A stretch of DNA of 64,000 nt from Chrysomallon squamiferum (GCA_012295275.1 CM022679.1:28272001-28336000), one strand, 5' to 3'; counted from the first letter of the stretch, positions 1 to 15,624 are shown. Notes: generated by a model not told the origin, from the letters alone. Translations and numbers: made by a program.

Positions 1-352
1 TGTAAACATCAAATGTGTAATCCAAATATAAATTAAAAAAATGCTGTTACATGTCAAAATAATTTTAGTTTTGAATAATCATTTGCGAAATGTTCTTGAT
101 GCTAAGAAAACAAGTTATATAAAGTGGTTGGTTGATGGTTTGAATTCTTAAAATGCTAATAATATATGGTTTGCAGTTCTTACATTCAGATCCAAAATCA
201 GAGTTTTAACAGTGATTGTATGTTGAACAAAAAATCACTTGTTTCATTTATTAACCTGTTCTGTAACAAGTATAATAGTAATGAAAGTCATATAATTGGG
301 ATTTTTCTGAATGTTATGACAATATTTAATTTTAAATTCTTCTTCTTTATCT

Positions 353-354
<2 letters not shown>

Positions 355-384
<30 letters not shown>
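355..384. repeat. Poly(T) tract (~30 nt) in intron 9 of copy A
   Basis: Uninterrupted T run. Confidence 0.9.
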
Positions 385-390
<6 letters not shown>

Positions 391-424
391 TTTTTTATCA
401 GTGTTGTTTGTTATTTTCAATTAG

Positions 425-3400
425 ATGGGATGATCAGCTGTACAAGGAATGGACACAGAATGTTGATGAAGCTTGTTCTTTCAACCTAACACAACCAATT
501 ATCACTCGTAATACAGAAACAAATCTCATTTCTGTTAACTTCAACCCACAGGTATAGCATAATTATTTTACTAAATTAAAATACCATGTGAAAATAAATC
601 TTGATCAATCAAAAACATTTGATACCCACTTATTTTCTTCTCATTTTTATTTGTTCATGAATTACATTAGTTTGTGACACCTACTTGATATTTTGTTTCC
701 TGGACTTTTCAAAACATTGATGTTTATATGGTAAATGATTAATCATTACCTTTCTATTACAAAATGTTTTTAGTTGGTTGCTGTGCTTAAAGAAGTCAAA
801 TACTTGAAAATAAGAGGGGAAGAAGAAGTTCCAGAGAGTGCAATGGCTATTTACTCTAGAAATGACATTTTTCGAAAATACCTGGCTAACCTTGATTTGA
901 CTGTTCAGTGGTACAATAAAGTTAGAAAAACTGTGCTGGAGGTTGAATATCCACTTATTGAAGATCAGCTGAAAGAAATTGATCAACAGTTGGAACAGGC
1001 TGAAAAGATTCTTAACTGGAATAGTGATGGTCAGTGATTTAAATGTTTTCTAATATTTAGTGACATGAAAAAGTTTAACCATGTAAATTGGAACTATATA
1101 TTTGAAAACATTGTTATGCATAACAACACTAGCATAAAACTTTCTGATAGTTTCTTTATGCATCTGTATACAACAAATTAGGTAATTACTAATCCATAGA
1201 CATTGATATTTCCCTTCAAGATAACATGTTTATAAAAGTAAATTTGTACTTATTATTCATTTTAAAATATGGTACCTCAGTTAACTAATAATTTTTAACA
1301 TTAATTCACTTTGTTCTTTTAAAAATTAAAAAGCTGTTTGGGAGTACATTGAAGCAACAAGAGACAAAGTTCATGACCTGGAAACACGAGTGCAGAAAGC
1401 CAAGAATAACATTGAAGAAATACAGAAGATCATGACAACTTGGAGTAAAATTCCACTGTTTGACAGGAAAGAAGAGAAACATGATTCACTTCTCAATTTA
1501 GATGATCGAACAGACAGGTTGAATAAACGCTACAATGACATAAAGAATGCTGCAGAAAAAATACACACTTTGCTGAAGGTAAATGTTTATTCATTATTCT
1601 TTCTTGTGGATTTCTTTTAAGTAGAAATTACATTTCCCACTTTCAGAATTTAAAAGTTGCATGACTTGTTTTCAAGATAGTTATCTAAAATCTATACCTG
1701 TATCTATATCTATCTATCTATCTATATAAAGAAATGTATTCCGTCTTCAATACTGTCTTTATTATTATTTCAGTTGATACTGCCATAACTGTTACTGATC
1801 TATAAAGCCTGCAATATTGTCATTTTAAATGATATGTTAGATAATAAAACATTGATTTTTGAAATTATTTTCTAGCAAAATCTTCAATATTTCAAAGCAT
1901 CTGAGGATACTGATACTTGGAAGGCATATGTTGACTATGCTGATGAGATGATTGTTGATGGACTATTCAATGCTATCAACTGCAGCATGCAGCATCTTCT
2001 TGACAATACCGATCCAAAGAATAATCCAGTTCCTTTGTTTGAGGCACACTTAGAGCTGCAGGTGCCTGATATGGTTTTTGTTCCATCTTTAGATTATGGT
2101 GTTGCTGATGGTTTCTATGATCTAGTTGACAGACTTGTTGGTGATATTTACAAGCAGTCATCTCTAATTCCAAGACTGGCACAACACAGTGGTTTGGAGC
2201 ATTATCAGGTTTGTACATAGCTATTTTAATTATTGTTCCTATTTTTCAAATGTTGCCTGTCAAGAGGTTTCTTTATGGCCTATTTTTTTCTTGATATGAA
2301 TTAACAATTTTTTTCCTTTGTCTCACTTTATTATTTTCCTTGATCTTGCTTTCTGACTGCAATATCTTTTTGTAATTATCTGATGGCAGTTAAAGTTTAT
2401 TTTTGAAATCAATTAATTAGCAATCTGCCTATTTTTTGGTTGAAAAATTTTCATGTTTTATCACAATAAATAATTGGTGTACTGAATTTATCTAAGTCCT
2501 AATTTCCTAATTTAATAGTGACAGTAATTTAAATATTTGTTTTATTTTTAAAATAATGGAACCACATAAATAGAAATAGACAAATCTTTTTTAAATAGAA
2601 ATTCAGTATTATGAACCTTAACATTCATTGCCACATTCTTCATTGCCAGTATAATATTTAAATAATTTACACATTTATTATTACTTTTATTTTTTCTTAG
2701 CCTGATTTGGAAGAAATGGAAGAGTTGTCAGAAATGCGTGAAGAGCTGATGCATCGTGTACAGGGAATTATGAACAAAGCTTGTGAATATCGCAACTCTT
2801 TTGACAACTATGCCTACCTGTGGGTGGATGACAGAACTGAATTCATGCGTCAATTTCTGCTCTACAATCATGTGCTCACAGCAGAGGAAATAGAAAAATA
2901 TGCTGATAGTAGTGTTCCTGAATCACCCCCAACTCTGGCTCAGTTCAAGAAGCAGGTAGAGTTTTAATCAGAACTTTAATTTTTGTTCATGATATGATAA
3001 TCAGCAGTGTACCTTTTGTTAGATCTATAAATGATGTGAATGTTTTGATTTCTTTGAAAGGTATTTTATATTATGGTTAAAGATCATTGTAATATCTGTC
3101 ATTGGCTTACAAAATGTATAAAGAATAACAAATTACATATTTCATTTTCTCTTAGATTGACACATATGAAAAGATTTATGAACAGGCAGAACAAATACAG
3201 GGAACTGCCATATTTGACTTCTGGTTTCGTGTTGATGCAAAGCCTTTCAAACAAGCTTTGTTAAACATCATAAAACGATGGAGTTTTATGTTCAAGCAAC
3301 ACCTTATTGACCATGTGACTAACAGGTAAAAATGTTTTTCACTAGACATAAATTTTCTAAGTATTATGCAAAAGAAATATTGTTGAATTCTTATATTTGT

Positions 3401-4487
3401 CATAGTATACATATCAGATGTCTATTACAGTTCTAAGATAATAAAATGAGAATATTGTAAGTAAGATTGTACATGACAACTCTGCTACTATCTACTACTC
3501 TTGCCATTTTATTTTAAGTATCTTCTAAGAGCATTTTTACTATTCTATTAGAATTAGAAAAAACACATTTTAGAGATGCAGTGTGTACTGATTTGGCATT
3601 AGTGTTACCTCTTATGTTCAATATCTTCAGTTTGAAACAGCTGGCTGACTTCATAAAAGCTACAGATGAAGGGTTAACTAAACCTGTTGAAGAAGGTGAC
3701 TATGAAGGTTTAGTCAGTGTCATGGGTAATTTACTTGCTGTTAGAGAAAGACAGTCTATGACAGATGAAATGTTTGAACCTTTAAAACAAACCATAGAAC
3801 TTCTGAAAACTTATGATCAAGAGCTGCCAGAAGAAGTCCATACCCAACTTCAGGTATGTTGATCTGTACAATAATAACATTAATTAAAATCATATTTCAT
3901 ATGAATCCAATCTTTATTTTGATAAAATTAGGTATAATAAAAATAATAAAAATAATGTAAATAATTTTTTTTTCTAATGAAACAGATTCTGCTATTTCAG
4001 TAGTAAATGCCTGTACAAAAAATCTGAACTACTGATGATTCATGATGGTCACATTAGGCTGCTTTTGTTTTCAGCCAGTGTTTAGTGACTGCTATATCAG
4101 TACTTTGGAAGAAATGAACTAAAAACATCAAATTATAAAATATATATTTATAACATTTAATTTGTTACTTTATAGGAACTTCCAGAACACTGGAACAATA
4201 CAAAGAAGATTGCTATAACAGTCAAACAACAAGTTGCACCACTGCAGGCCAATGAGGTGGCAAATATTCGCAAGAAGAGTGCCACATTTGATGTGAATCA
4301 GCATAAATTCAGAGAGAGATTCCGAGGCATTCCACCATTCAGATATGATTGTGAGAATCCATATGAAATGATTGACAAGGTATTTAACATATATAGTCTT
4401 TATATTGGCTCCAAATGATAAATATTTAACACAGACTGTTCTAATTGCAATTCAAATAGTATATTATTATTTTTATTATTTTTATTA

Positions 4488-4554
<67 letters not shown>

Positions 4555-7500
4555 TTTTAACAAGGGTTTCAAGCCAAATACTGCTCACTCAAAATTGCAA
4601 AAAGAAATTATTATCTATAGATATATGGTATTTTTTCAGTATAATGAAGAGATTGTTACAATGGAAAAAGAAATGGCTGATCTCATGAGTTCTGCTGGCT
4701 TATTTGAGGTGAATGTTCCTGACTTTAAGCAGCTCAAACAGTGTAGAAAAGAAATCAAACTATTGAAGACACTTTGGGATTATGTTATCATTGTGAGAAG
4801 TTGCATTGATGACTGGAAGACCACACCATGGAAAGAGATAAATGTTGAACAGATGGACATCGACTGTAAGAAGTTTGCTAAAGACATCCGTGTCTTGGAT
4901 AAGGAAATGAGAGCCTGGGATACATATGTAGGTGTTGAAGATACTGTTAAAAACATGCTGACATCATTACGAGCTGTGGGTGAACTGCAGAACCCAGCTA
5001 TTAGGGAGAGACATTGGCAACAGCTTATGGCAGCCACAAAGGTTTGTTTGAAACTTATTCAAATTAACAGCTCATTAATATTATCTTACCATGCAGTTGG
5101 TATTTATTGTTTTTTTTTATTTTTCTGATACATTGTTGTTAAGTATTAATTCTTGGCTTTAATTCTGCTTTTTTTTCTTAGCAAATTTGTTAATAATATT
5201 ATAATATAGCAACATTCATTCTTTCTCAAAAGATATTGGCTTGATATATCCCTTAAGTATGGAAAATGTCAATCCAGCTAAAATTTGCTTTGCACAAAAT
5301 AAATATTACAATGTTATTAAAAAAGAACACTTTAAACTTTGTACTCTGTTTTCAGGTACGATTCATGATGGATGAAAGTACAACACTCTCAGATCTGCTG
5401 TCTTTGAATTTGCACAACTATGAAGAAGAAGTGCGAAATATTGTGGACAAGGCAGTTAAAGAAATGAGCATGGAGAAAGTTCTAAAGGAACTTGATGTGA
5501 CATGGTCCACAATGGAGTTTGAACATGAAAAACATCCTCGCACTGGCATCACTATGTTGAAAACAAGTGAAGAGTTGATTGAAACCCTTGAAGACAACCA
5601 GGTTGGTGAAATTGAACTTTAAAATCAATAAAATGGTAATACATGGTAATAAGCCACCAAAGAAACTTTATTACTATTTTTATTTATTAATTTCTTTATT
5701 TGTTAAACAGTTTTAACACTTGATAACCAGTGTCAAAATCAATGACTTTAACCTGAATTTATCTTACAATTTGAATTAATTTAAAAAAAATTCTGAACTG
5801 GATTATGTTAAAATTATTTTAGTAATGCTTTTTATTTGTTTAATAAAATTCAGATAAAAATATGAATGGATTTAATATTGTATTGCTTACTTCTATTTTA
5901 GGTGCAATTACAAAATATGATGACATCCAAGTACATTGCCCATTTCTTGACAGAAGTATCACAGTGGCAGAAGAGTTTGTCAACAGCAGATCAGGTTATC
6001 TCCATATACATGGAAGTACAGCGAACTTGGTCACATTTAGAGAGCATCTTCATTGGTTCTGAAGATATCAGAAATCAGCTGCCTGAAGATTCCAAAAGAT
6101 TTGACAACATTGACACAGATTTCAAAGTATGAATTCATTAAGCAATTTCTGGAAAGTAACAAATAATAAAAATATATTATTTATTTTACAAATGGCAAAG
6201 AGGTGAAAAGAAGACATCAAATTTTAAATCCATAAAACTATCTAATCAGAATTATTTCAAAGATTTGTAGACTGAAAAATTACTAATAGGTAGATAGAAA
6301 TATATCTAATATAAGAAAGCAAATAGATATCTAGATAATGAGACAGATAAACAGATATGCATAGACTGACAAAAGTAAATATTTCAATAAACAGAAACAT
6401 GCAATCTTTTTATATTTCATTTTCATAAATTGTTTGTCAACTGAAGCAGCAATATGTCTCAAGTGGATATTAATGTTTGCACAAAAATAATTTAAAACAA
6501 AAATATTTTTTTGTGTTACTAAAGGTAAATGAAACAAAACACACACACTAAAACGCAGCGTAGAGAACAGAAAAGAAAGAAACCATTAATTTTAAATAAT
6601 TACTTTTTTGTTTTGTGTATATAATGTGTGTTCATTCACATTACATTGTTTTTCAGGAGCTGGTTGCTGAGGTTGAGAAATCAAAGAATGTTGTCAAATC
6701 AACAAATCAACCAAAACTGTTTGAGAGACTGGAAAAGCTTCAAGGACAGCTGTCTCTGTGTGAGAAAGCTCTGGCAGAATACCTGGAAACAAAACGTTTG
6801 GCTTTCCCCAGATTTTACTTTGTGTCATCTGCTGACTTGCTTGACATTTTATCCAATGGCAACAATCCACCTGTGGTATGCTTATTTCTGTCCAGTTTTA
6901 TATCAGCTTACTTTTTTCTTACAACCAACCACTAATGATTAATCTGAGTATTAGAAGTACAGTTATGAATTTAAAAACTAGTATTATTTAGAAAAGTATA
7001 GTTGTAGTAGTATTATTATTATTTTTATTATTGTTATTATTATTTTTAATCTTTATATTATATTTATTGGAGTAATCATTCAGTGTTAAGCAATTTAATA
7101 CATTTTATAAATTTCTATAAGGGCATTAAGATATTAGGATGTAATTTTATTTTTTAATGAATTTTATTTATGGGTCAAAGTGAACGTGTATTTTTTGTTT
7201 TAAGTTTTTTATCACATGTAAAATTGATGGAATATTGTTATGATTTGCACCTGCTTAAATGTATTCTTGAGAATGATCAGTTTTTCAAAATTTTTGTTTT
7301 AAAAAACATTTCTGATAACTTTTTATTCATAACTGAAGATAAAATATATTTTAGTTGTCTCAAATTGGAAACCACTATTTACATTTAAATAGATTTCATT
7401 TCGCATATTTAAAAAAAAAAAAAAAAATTGTCTTACAGGTGTCTCAACATTTGACAAAGCTGTTTGACAGTATGGCACAACTGAAGTTTGATATGGATGA

Positions 7501-10500
7501 ACCAGATGAAACAGTGGAACATGCAATTGGTATGTACAGCAAAGACAGTGAATATGTTGACTTGGACAAGCCATGTGATCTTACAGGCCAGGTTGGTTCT
7601 TTATTAATTTGACACTTACGTGAAATATTCAAACATTATGATCTTACATAAGGAAGTTAACAAAAACAATTAATTTGTTTTACATGAATGTCAAAGTATT
7701 TATTAAAACAACTACATTTAATAATAATATGCTGTTTAAAATGTCATCTTATATACAAGCAGATGGGCTTTTTTCTTGTTTTTAATTTTATTAGAATTTT
7801 TAAACAGTGGATCTTAATATATTTAGATAATTACAAAGTATTTTTTGATTATATTTGTTTTTATTTAAAGTGAACTAATTATTGATTCATTTTGATAAAA
7901 ATATGAAAAAGGCACTGAGATTATGAATAAAACTAACAGTATATGGACTTTAAAATGAAATAAAAAAAATATTAAACCATAATATATTTGTACAGGTTGA
8001 AGTTTGGTTAAATCGGCTTCTCAATGCTCAGTGCAGCACTGTTTGTAAAGAACTGTTTGATGCAGTAACAACATATGAAGAAAAACCAAGAGATCAGTGG
8101 TTGTTTGACTTCCCAGCTCAGGTGGCACTTTGTGGAACACAGATTTGGTGGACCACTGAAGTTAACATGGCATTTGCACGATTAGAGGAGGGTTATGAAA
8201 ATGCTCTGAAGGACTACAATAAAAAACAGGTGAACCATTTTTTACAATAGTTACAAACAATTTTGTTTGTAATAATATTATTATAATAAATACAGCATTT
8301 ACAAAAATTGAAATCATAACCAATGTGATTGTAATAAAAAGGTTTGTAATTTCTTTTGAACCAGGCAGAAAAATATATTCATTTACCTCTATAATATTTA
8401 TAAATTTCAGATTAATCAGTTGAATGCCTTGATTGTGATGCTCCAAGGAGACTTAGGAAAAGGAGACAGACAGAAGATTATGACAATTTGTACTATTGAT
8501 GTACATGCTCGTGATGTGGTCACTAAACTGATCACACAGAAAATTGACAGTTCCCTAGCATTTGCTTGGCTTTCACAACTGAGACACAGATGGGATGACA
8601 ATGTACACGACTGTTTCGCAAACATTTGTGATGCACAGTTCCGATATTCTCATGAATATCTTGGCAACACAGCTCGTCTTGTCATTACACCTTTGACTGA
8701 CAGGTAATGCAGAAATCACTGCACCTTTTTGTAAATAATCATCTCTAGAACTTATATTTATATACTAAGATAGGTGGTAAACAAATACAGATAGTTCATC
8801 AGAATAAATATAAAAATATGGATATTTTTCTGTAATGTATAAATTTCTTGTTCACAGATGCTACATCACTCTGACTCAGTCTTTGCATCTCATTATGAGT
8901 GGAGCTCCAGCTGGTCCTGCAGGAACGGGCAAAACTGAAACAACAAAAGATCTGGGTAGAGCTCTTGGTATCATGGTCTATGTCTTCAACTGTTCAGAAC
9001 AGATGGACTACAAAGTGTGTTTGAAATACATATATTTTTATATAATATAAGAAAAATAACTATTGTTTTTGGAAGAGAAAATTTCCTTTCTGTTTTTTTC
9101 TCCTGTTTTTTCACAATTTAAAAAAATTTGCTTTTTTGTCACATATATTTTAAAAGTATGTCTTAAATTTAATTTGAATTACAGTATATGTTGACAAATG
9201 TGAGTCCACCAGTTCTTATTACTTGTTACACTGTTGTAAAAAATGTAACTTTTATTCCAGTCAATTGGAAATATCTACAAAGGTCTGGCTCAGTCAGGTG
9301 CTTGGGGTTGTTTTGATGAGTTCAACAGGATTGCTGTTGAGGTGTTGTCAGTGGTGGCAGTGCAAGTGAAATGTATACAGGATGCCATCCGAGACAAGAA
9401 GAAGGAATTCAACTTTTTGGGAGAAGTGATTAAGATGAAGCCAGCTGTAGGAATTTTCATCACCATGAACCCAGGTTATGCTGGAAGAACAGAATTACCA
9501 GAAAACCTCAAAGCTTTGTTCAGGTGAGATTTTAAAAAAATCAGTTAAGAATTCTTTTGAATGCATTAAATTTCTTTTTCTACATAATTATTTAATTTTG
9601 AATGCTCATTACATTCAAATCTGACTTTTAATACTTGAATTACCATTAATTTTTTATTTTTTATTTTTTTTTTATTCCTAACAGACCATGTGCTATGGTT
9701 GTTCCTGACTTTGAAATGATTTGTGAAATCATGTTGGTATCTGAGGGTTTCCTTGATTCACGACTCTTGGCTCGAAAATTTATTACATTGTACACACTTT
9801 GTAAAGAATTGTTGTCCAAACAGGTTTGTAATTTACATTTTTTCCCAAACTGTTATACTGACTTTCCTTTGTAAATTAGTACCCAGAGTTATTATTCTTT
9901 GTCACTACTGGGCTTAATACAGTATTTAATACTTTATTCAACAATCTTTCTAGGATCATTATGATTGGGGACTTCGTGCTATCAAATCAGTACTTGTTGT
10001 TGCTGGATCATTGAAGAGAAGTGACAAAGGGAGACCAGAAGATCAGGTATTTGCATTTTAAATGAGTTTTTACTTTTCCTAAATATCATTTAGTCTGTTC
10101 AGTTTGTTTAGTTTACTTTTTAACAATAACTTCCCTTAATCTCGAAAAAAAAACATAACTTTGTTGGTTCTTTTTATTATTTTATCATTTTTAAGAATTC
10201 TTCCACACATTGTTCTTTTATCCAGGTTTTGATGAGAGCCTTACGAGATTTCAATGTACCAAAGATTATTTTGGACGATATGCCAGTGTTTATGGGTCTT
10301 ATTGGAGACCTATTCCCAGCCCTGGATGTACCAAGGAAGAGAGATATGGAATTTGAGAAACATATCAAGAAAGCCACTTTAGATCAAAAACTGCAACCAG
10401 AAGACAACTTTATTCTTAAGGTAACGTTAAATCTGTATTAAAAAAGAACGTTCGTGTTGTGAACTTCCGTGATAACAATTTACCAGAACTTAAGTTTAAG

Positions 10501-13500
10501 GTTTTGTTTACATACAGTCTTCAGATCCACAACCTACTGGGCAAAGTCACAGATATTTTTATCTGGATTAAACTTATGATCTTTAGGACATTGTACATTA
10601 CTCTGGCACACTTTCTATTTTTGGCCATTTATACCTTTATTACCTTTTTCTAATTTATTTATTTCTGATATACAGATTGTCCAACTTGAAGAATTGTTTG
10701 AGGTTCGTCACTCGGTTTTTCTGCTTGGTTTAGCTGGAACTGGGAAAAGTAAAATCTGGAATACTTTGATCCACACATACAGAAATCTCCAACGTAAACC
10801 TATAGCTATTGATCTTGATCCCAAAGCTGTGACAAATGATGAACTGTTTGGAGTTATCAATCCAGCAACTAGAGAATGGAAAGATGGTAATTTACAGAAA
10901 TGTTTGATCTTTTATGGTACACTGTATTAATATTTTTAACAGTATTTGTATCTTTCCCTTTATCTTTGTTTGCCTTTACAAAAGTAATAATTTTATCTAC
11001 TGAGATATTCAAACCTTTCTCTTTAAACAAAAATATCATTTGCAATGTAATAATGTGTGATTTATCAATTAATTACTATCAGAAACACAGCAGAAATAAT
11101 TTACAAATGTCGGCAGGATTTGATAGATCTGTGTTAAATTGACTGCTAACTGAGATGACAATATCTATTTTCAGGTTTGTTCTCTGTGATTATGAGAGAT
11201 CTTGCCAACATGAGTGGAGATGGTCCAAAGTGGATAGTTTTGGATGGTGACATAGACCCCATGTGGATTGAGTCACTGAATACAGTGATGGATGACAACA
11301 AAGTGCTGACTTTGGCTTCTAATGAAAGGATTCCACTGACACCGTCCATGCGGTTGTTGTTTGAAATCAGTCACCTGAGAACAGCTACACCAGCCACTGT
11401 GTCACGTGCTGGCATCCTCTTTGTCAATGCACAGGATTTGGGATGGAATCCGTAAGTTACTCACATTATAACAGATTCATTATAAATCAGTGAATGCTCC
11501 CATAATATTAAAAATCAGTACTATTTATTTGTTTTCTCAGTAAGTATTTCTTACTAATCTGGCTATTTGTTGATGGTGTTGAAAGCATGTTGCAGGTATA
11601 TCATTCTGTTTTTCAGATATGTTCAGAGTTGGATTGATACACGTGAAGTGCAGTCAGAGAGAGCCAACTTGACCATTTTGTTTGACAAATACGTTCCAAG
11701 TCTTCTGGAGACAATGCGACATCGTTTTAAGAAAATCACTCCAGTGGCTGAGATTTCTCACATTCAGATGCTCTGTTACCTGTTGGAAGGTTTACTGACA
11801 GTTGACAACACTCCTCCTGATTGTCCAAAGGATCTTTATGAACTTTATTTTGTGTTTGCTAGTGTTTGGGCTTTTGGAGGAGTTATGTTCCAAGATCAGG
11901 TATGATCAGTTAATAAATAAATGTTAAGGTATATAGAGAATGGTACTCCAAATAATGCTTTTTATTGGTGATACCAGATATTTTTAAAATCAAAACATTA
12001 AGCTAAAAAGAAACAGCTGTTGGTGAAACATGTAATTAGCAGGTGCTCATGAATGCATTTCATTAATCTTTTAGTATTTAATTTTAAAATCTTTTGAAGG
12101 TTGTTTAAAGAAACTGAATATAGTTATATACAGCAGACTAAATTGATCAAATTGATTCAACAAGCTGGTATTCAACACCTATTTCTTAATGAGGTACAAT
12201 CCATGAACAGATCAAATAGCTTGAGTGTTAATGTTACTGTCTTTCTATTACAGCTCTCTGATTATCGAATTGAATTCACCAAGTGGTGGGTCACTGAGTA
12301 CAAGACTATCAAGTTTCCTTCCACTGGAACAGTCTTTGATTACTATATAGATCCAGAGACCAAGAAATTTGAACCTTGGACCAAGAAAATCCCCAAATTT
12401 GAGTTTGATCCTGATCTTCCTCTACAGGTTTGTTCTAAATCTTTTTCCTCTATTTTTGTCTTACCAAAACTAAAAACATTACAATTTTTAACTAGTGCTT
12501 TTAAGCCCATTTTTTATAAATTGTAAGGAATAATGAAATATAATATAAACTCTGATTTTGATATTAGAAATTTCAGTCAAAATTATTTTATATTGTTGTA
12601 AATATCTTTTGGTAATTTGATTTTAGGCAGCTCTAGTACACACAGCAGAAACCATTCGAGTAAAATACTTTTTAGACATGTTGGTGGATCTGAAAAAACC
12701 TGTAATGCTGGTAGGAAATGCTGGTACAGGCAAGACTGTATTAATGCAAGATAAACTGGATAAATTACCAGAAGAATTTATGGTAGCTAATGTTCCATTT
12801 AACTTCTACACTACCTCGGAGATGTTGCAGAGAGTTCTGGAGAAACCACTAGAGAAAAAAGCTGGACGGAACTATGGACCACCAGGCAACCGCAGGCTTA
12901 TCTACTTTGTTGATGATATGAACATGCCAGAGGTACAAATAATTCTTTTTACTTATTATTTTTTTAGATGATAAAGATTTATAGTAATGGAAACGAAATT
13001 ACCATCAGAAAAAAAGAGTTTTACAATATTTTTACTAGTTTAGTTGTGCTCTATATGTTGGAGATTGACATAAATATGTACAGCTCTTCCTTCAATAAAT
13101 ATTGTGCTAGAATATCCTACAAATTAATTACTCTGCTACATTAAATTTTTGCAGTTTATTAAATTATTATATGTCCAGTTATCCACACAACTCCACATAA
13201 TTTTTTTTTTGTTCATGTTTTTAAATAATTTCAGGTTGACAAGTACTTCACAGTACAGCCACACACTCTGATCAGACAACACATTGACCATGGACATTGG
13301 TATGATAGAACTAAGCTGACCATGAAGGATATTCACAACACACAGTATGTGTCTTGTATGAATCCAACAGCTGGCAGTTTCACAATTGATTCTAGATTGC
13401 AGGTAATATATAATACATATATTCAAGAAAGATCAGTTATATGCTTTGTCATTTAATGTAAAATAATGGCTGTATTTATAGACTGTTCATACTGTTAAAT

Positions 13501-15549
13501 TGGAAAGATTATATACTGCATGTTTTAATATGACTTATTATTTAAAGAAAAAGAAATTATAAAAAAAATACATCCAATTATTTACTTATAATACATTCAT
13601 TAAGAGATGCCAGTAGCATTCTTTCTACTAGTTTTAGTTACATTAGTAGAGTGAAGAAAATGAAATACTTGTTAGATTCAACAGCCCCAAAAATATCCAA
13701 AACAATTAAAAACTAATTTTGTTATCCTTCTTTTTTAGCGACACTTCTGTGTGTTTGCCATGAGTTTCCCCAATCAAGATGCTTTGCACACCATCTACTC
13801 GAGTATTTTATCTCAGCATCTTGCTTTTGCACATTTCACTGCAGCTGTTCAAAAATACACAAACAATTTAGTATCAGGAGCATTAACATTACACCAAAAA
13901 GTGTCAACTACGTTTTTGCCTACTGCCATCAAGTTCCACTATGTTTTTAATTTGAGAGATCTGTCCAACATCTTCCAGGTAATGACAGTGTTTATTTATA
14001 TACTTCTCACTTTAAATGACACTAGGAAATTTATTTCCTTGACTGTATAGCATTGGTTATTATTATTTGATGTATTATAATTATTATATTGCAACATTTT
14101 GCAATTAATTTTTCAAAGTAGATTGCCTTATAATTATGTAATTTCCATTATATATGATACACTCTTTTGAATCAAATACATTTTGGAAATAATTTACATA
14201 AAATTCAGATGATTCAGAGTTGTAATTAAATTTTAGCTAAAACCAACATCATCAATTGAGAGAAATTAATAAAATCTTTCACATCATTGAAATATGACAG
14301 AGGTTATCTACACTTTTATTTACTTTCATATGACTTTAATTTTAAACCACAACAATACATGTACAATAATGGTTTAAACACTGCAAATTTTCAGGGTATA
14401 TTGTTTGCTGGTCCAGACTGTGCAAAAACTCCTGCAGAACTTGTACGCATGTATTTACATGAGACTGAACGAGTTTACAAAGATAAACTTATAGAATTAT
14501 CTGATATGGAGACCTTTGAAAGACTTCAGAAAGAAACAGCCAAGAAGAACTTTGAGGTTTGTAATATCATATTTTTTTCTAAAAATTATTGTTAAAACAG
14601 AAATAAAAAGAAGAGAAATATATTGTTCCAATATAAAATAAGAGATAAAAACAAACGCAGGAGAAATGGATTATTAAAGTCTGTTATTTAATTATTTAAT
14701 AATAAATGTTACAATGCTAATTTTCATATCTGATAACAGTAAAGTTATATATTAATAGTTTTAAAATAGTTTTTTCTGATATTTGATTTGTGTTCTTAAA
14801 TAATTACCATTTTGAACATTTTATAAGAAACTTATATATGATGTTTATTAACATCTAAAGGCCATTTTTAAATATAACCATTTGAAATATGATTTTTAAA
14901 ATATTTTGTAGGAAATTGATGCAGATGTTATTTTTCGCCTTCCTCTCTTATATTGCCATTTTTCATCTGGTATTGGTGAACCTAAATACCTACCTGTTGA
15001 CAGTTGGGATTCAATAAACAAAATTCTAGTTGAAGCACTTGACAATTACAATGAACTGAATGCTGCAATGAATCTTGTGCTCTTTGAAGATGCCATGATG
15101 CACATCTGTAGAATTAACAGAATTTTAGAATCACCTCGTGGAAATGCTCTTCTCATTGGTGTAGGTGGTAGTGGCAAACAGAGTCTTTCCCGACTGGCAG
15201 CTTTTATCAGCAGCCTGGATGTGTTCCAGATCACTTTGCGAAAAGGTTACAGTGTTACAGACCTGAAAGTAGATCTTTCTCAGCTTTACTTGAAAGCTGG
15301 TGTGAAAAACATTGGAGTTGTGTTTTTGATGACTGATGCCCAGGTTGCAGATGAGCAGTTTCTTGTTTTGATTAATGACTTACTGGCATCAGGTGAAATA
15401 CCTGACCTGTTTGCAGATGATGATGTTGAGAATATCATTAATGGTGTAAGGAATGAAGTGAAAGGAGAAGGCATGGAAGACACACGAGAAAACTGTTGGA
15501 GGTTTTTCATTGACCGTGTGCGAAGAGTTCTAAAGGTTGGAACAGAATT

Positions 15550-15624
<75 letters not shown>

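Noticed and set aside
4372-4560. Poly-Tyr/Ile ORF, and the HT/CV-repeat ORF segments at 15286-15631
   Set aside because: Translations of (TAT)n and (AC)n microsatellites.
11530-11600. Recursive-splicing or microexon-like motifs (ttttctcagtaagt; ttgcag|gtatat) in intron 31, present in both copies
   Set aside because: The intron is short, the motifs are expected by chance, and their presence in both copies is explained by the conversion tract.
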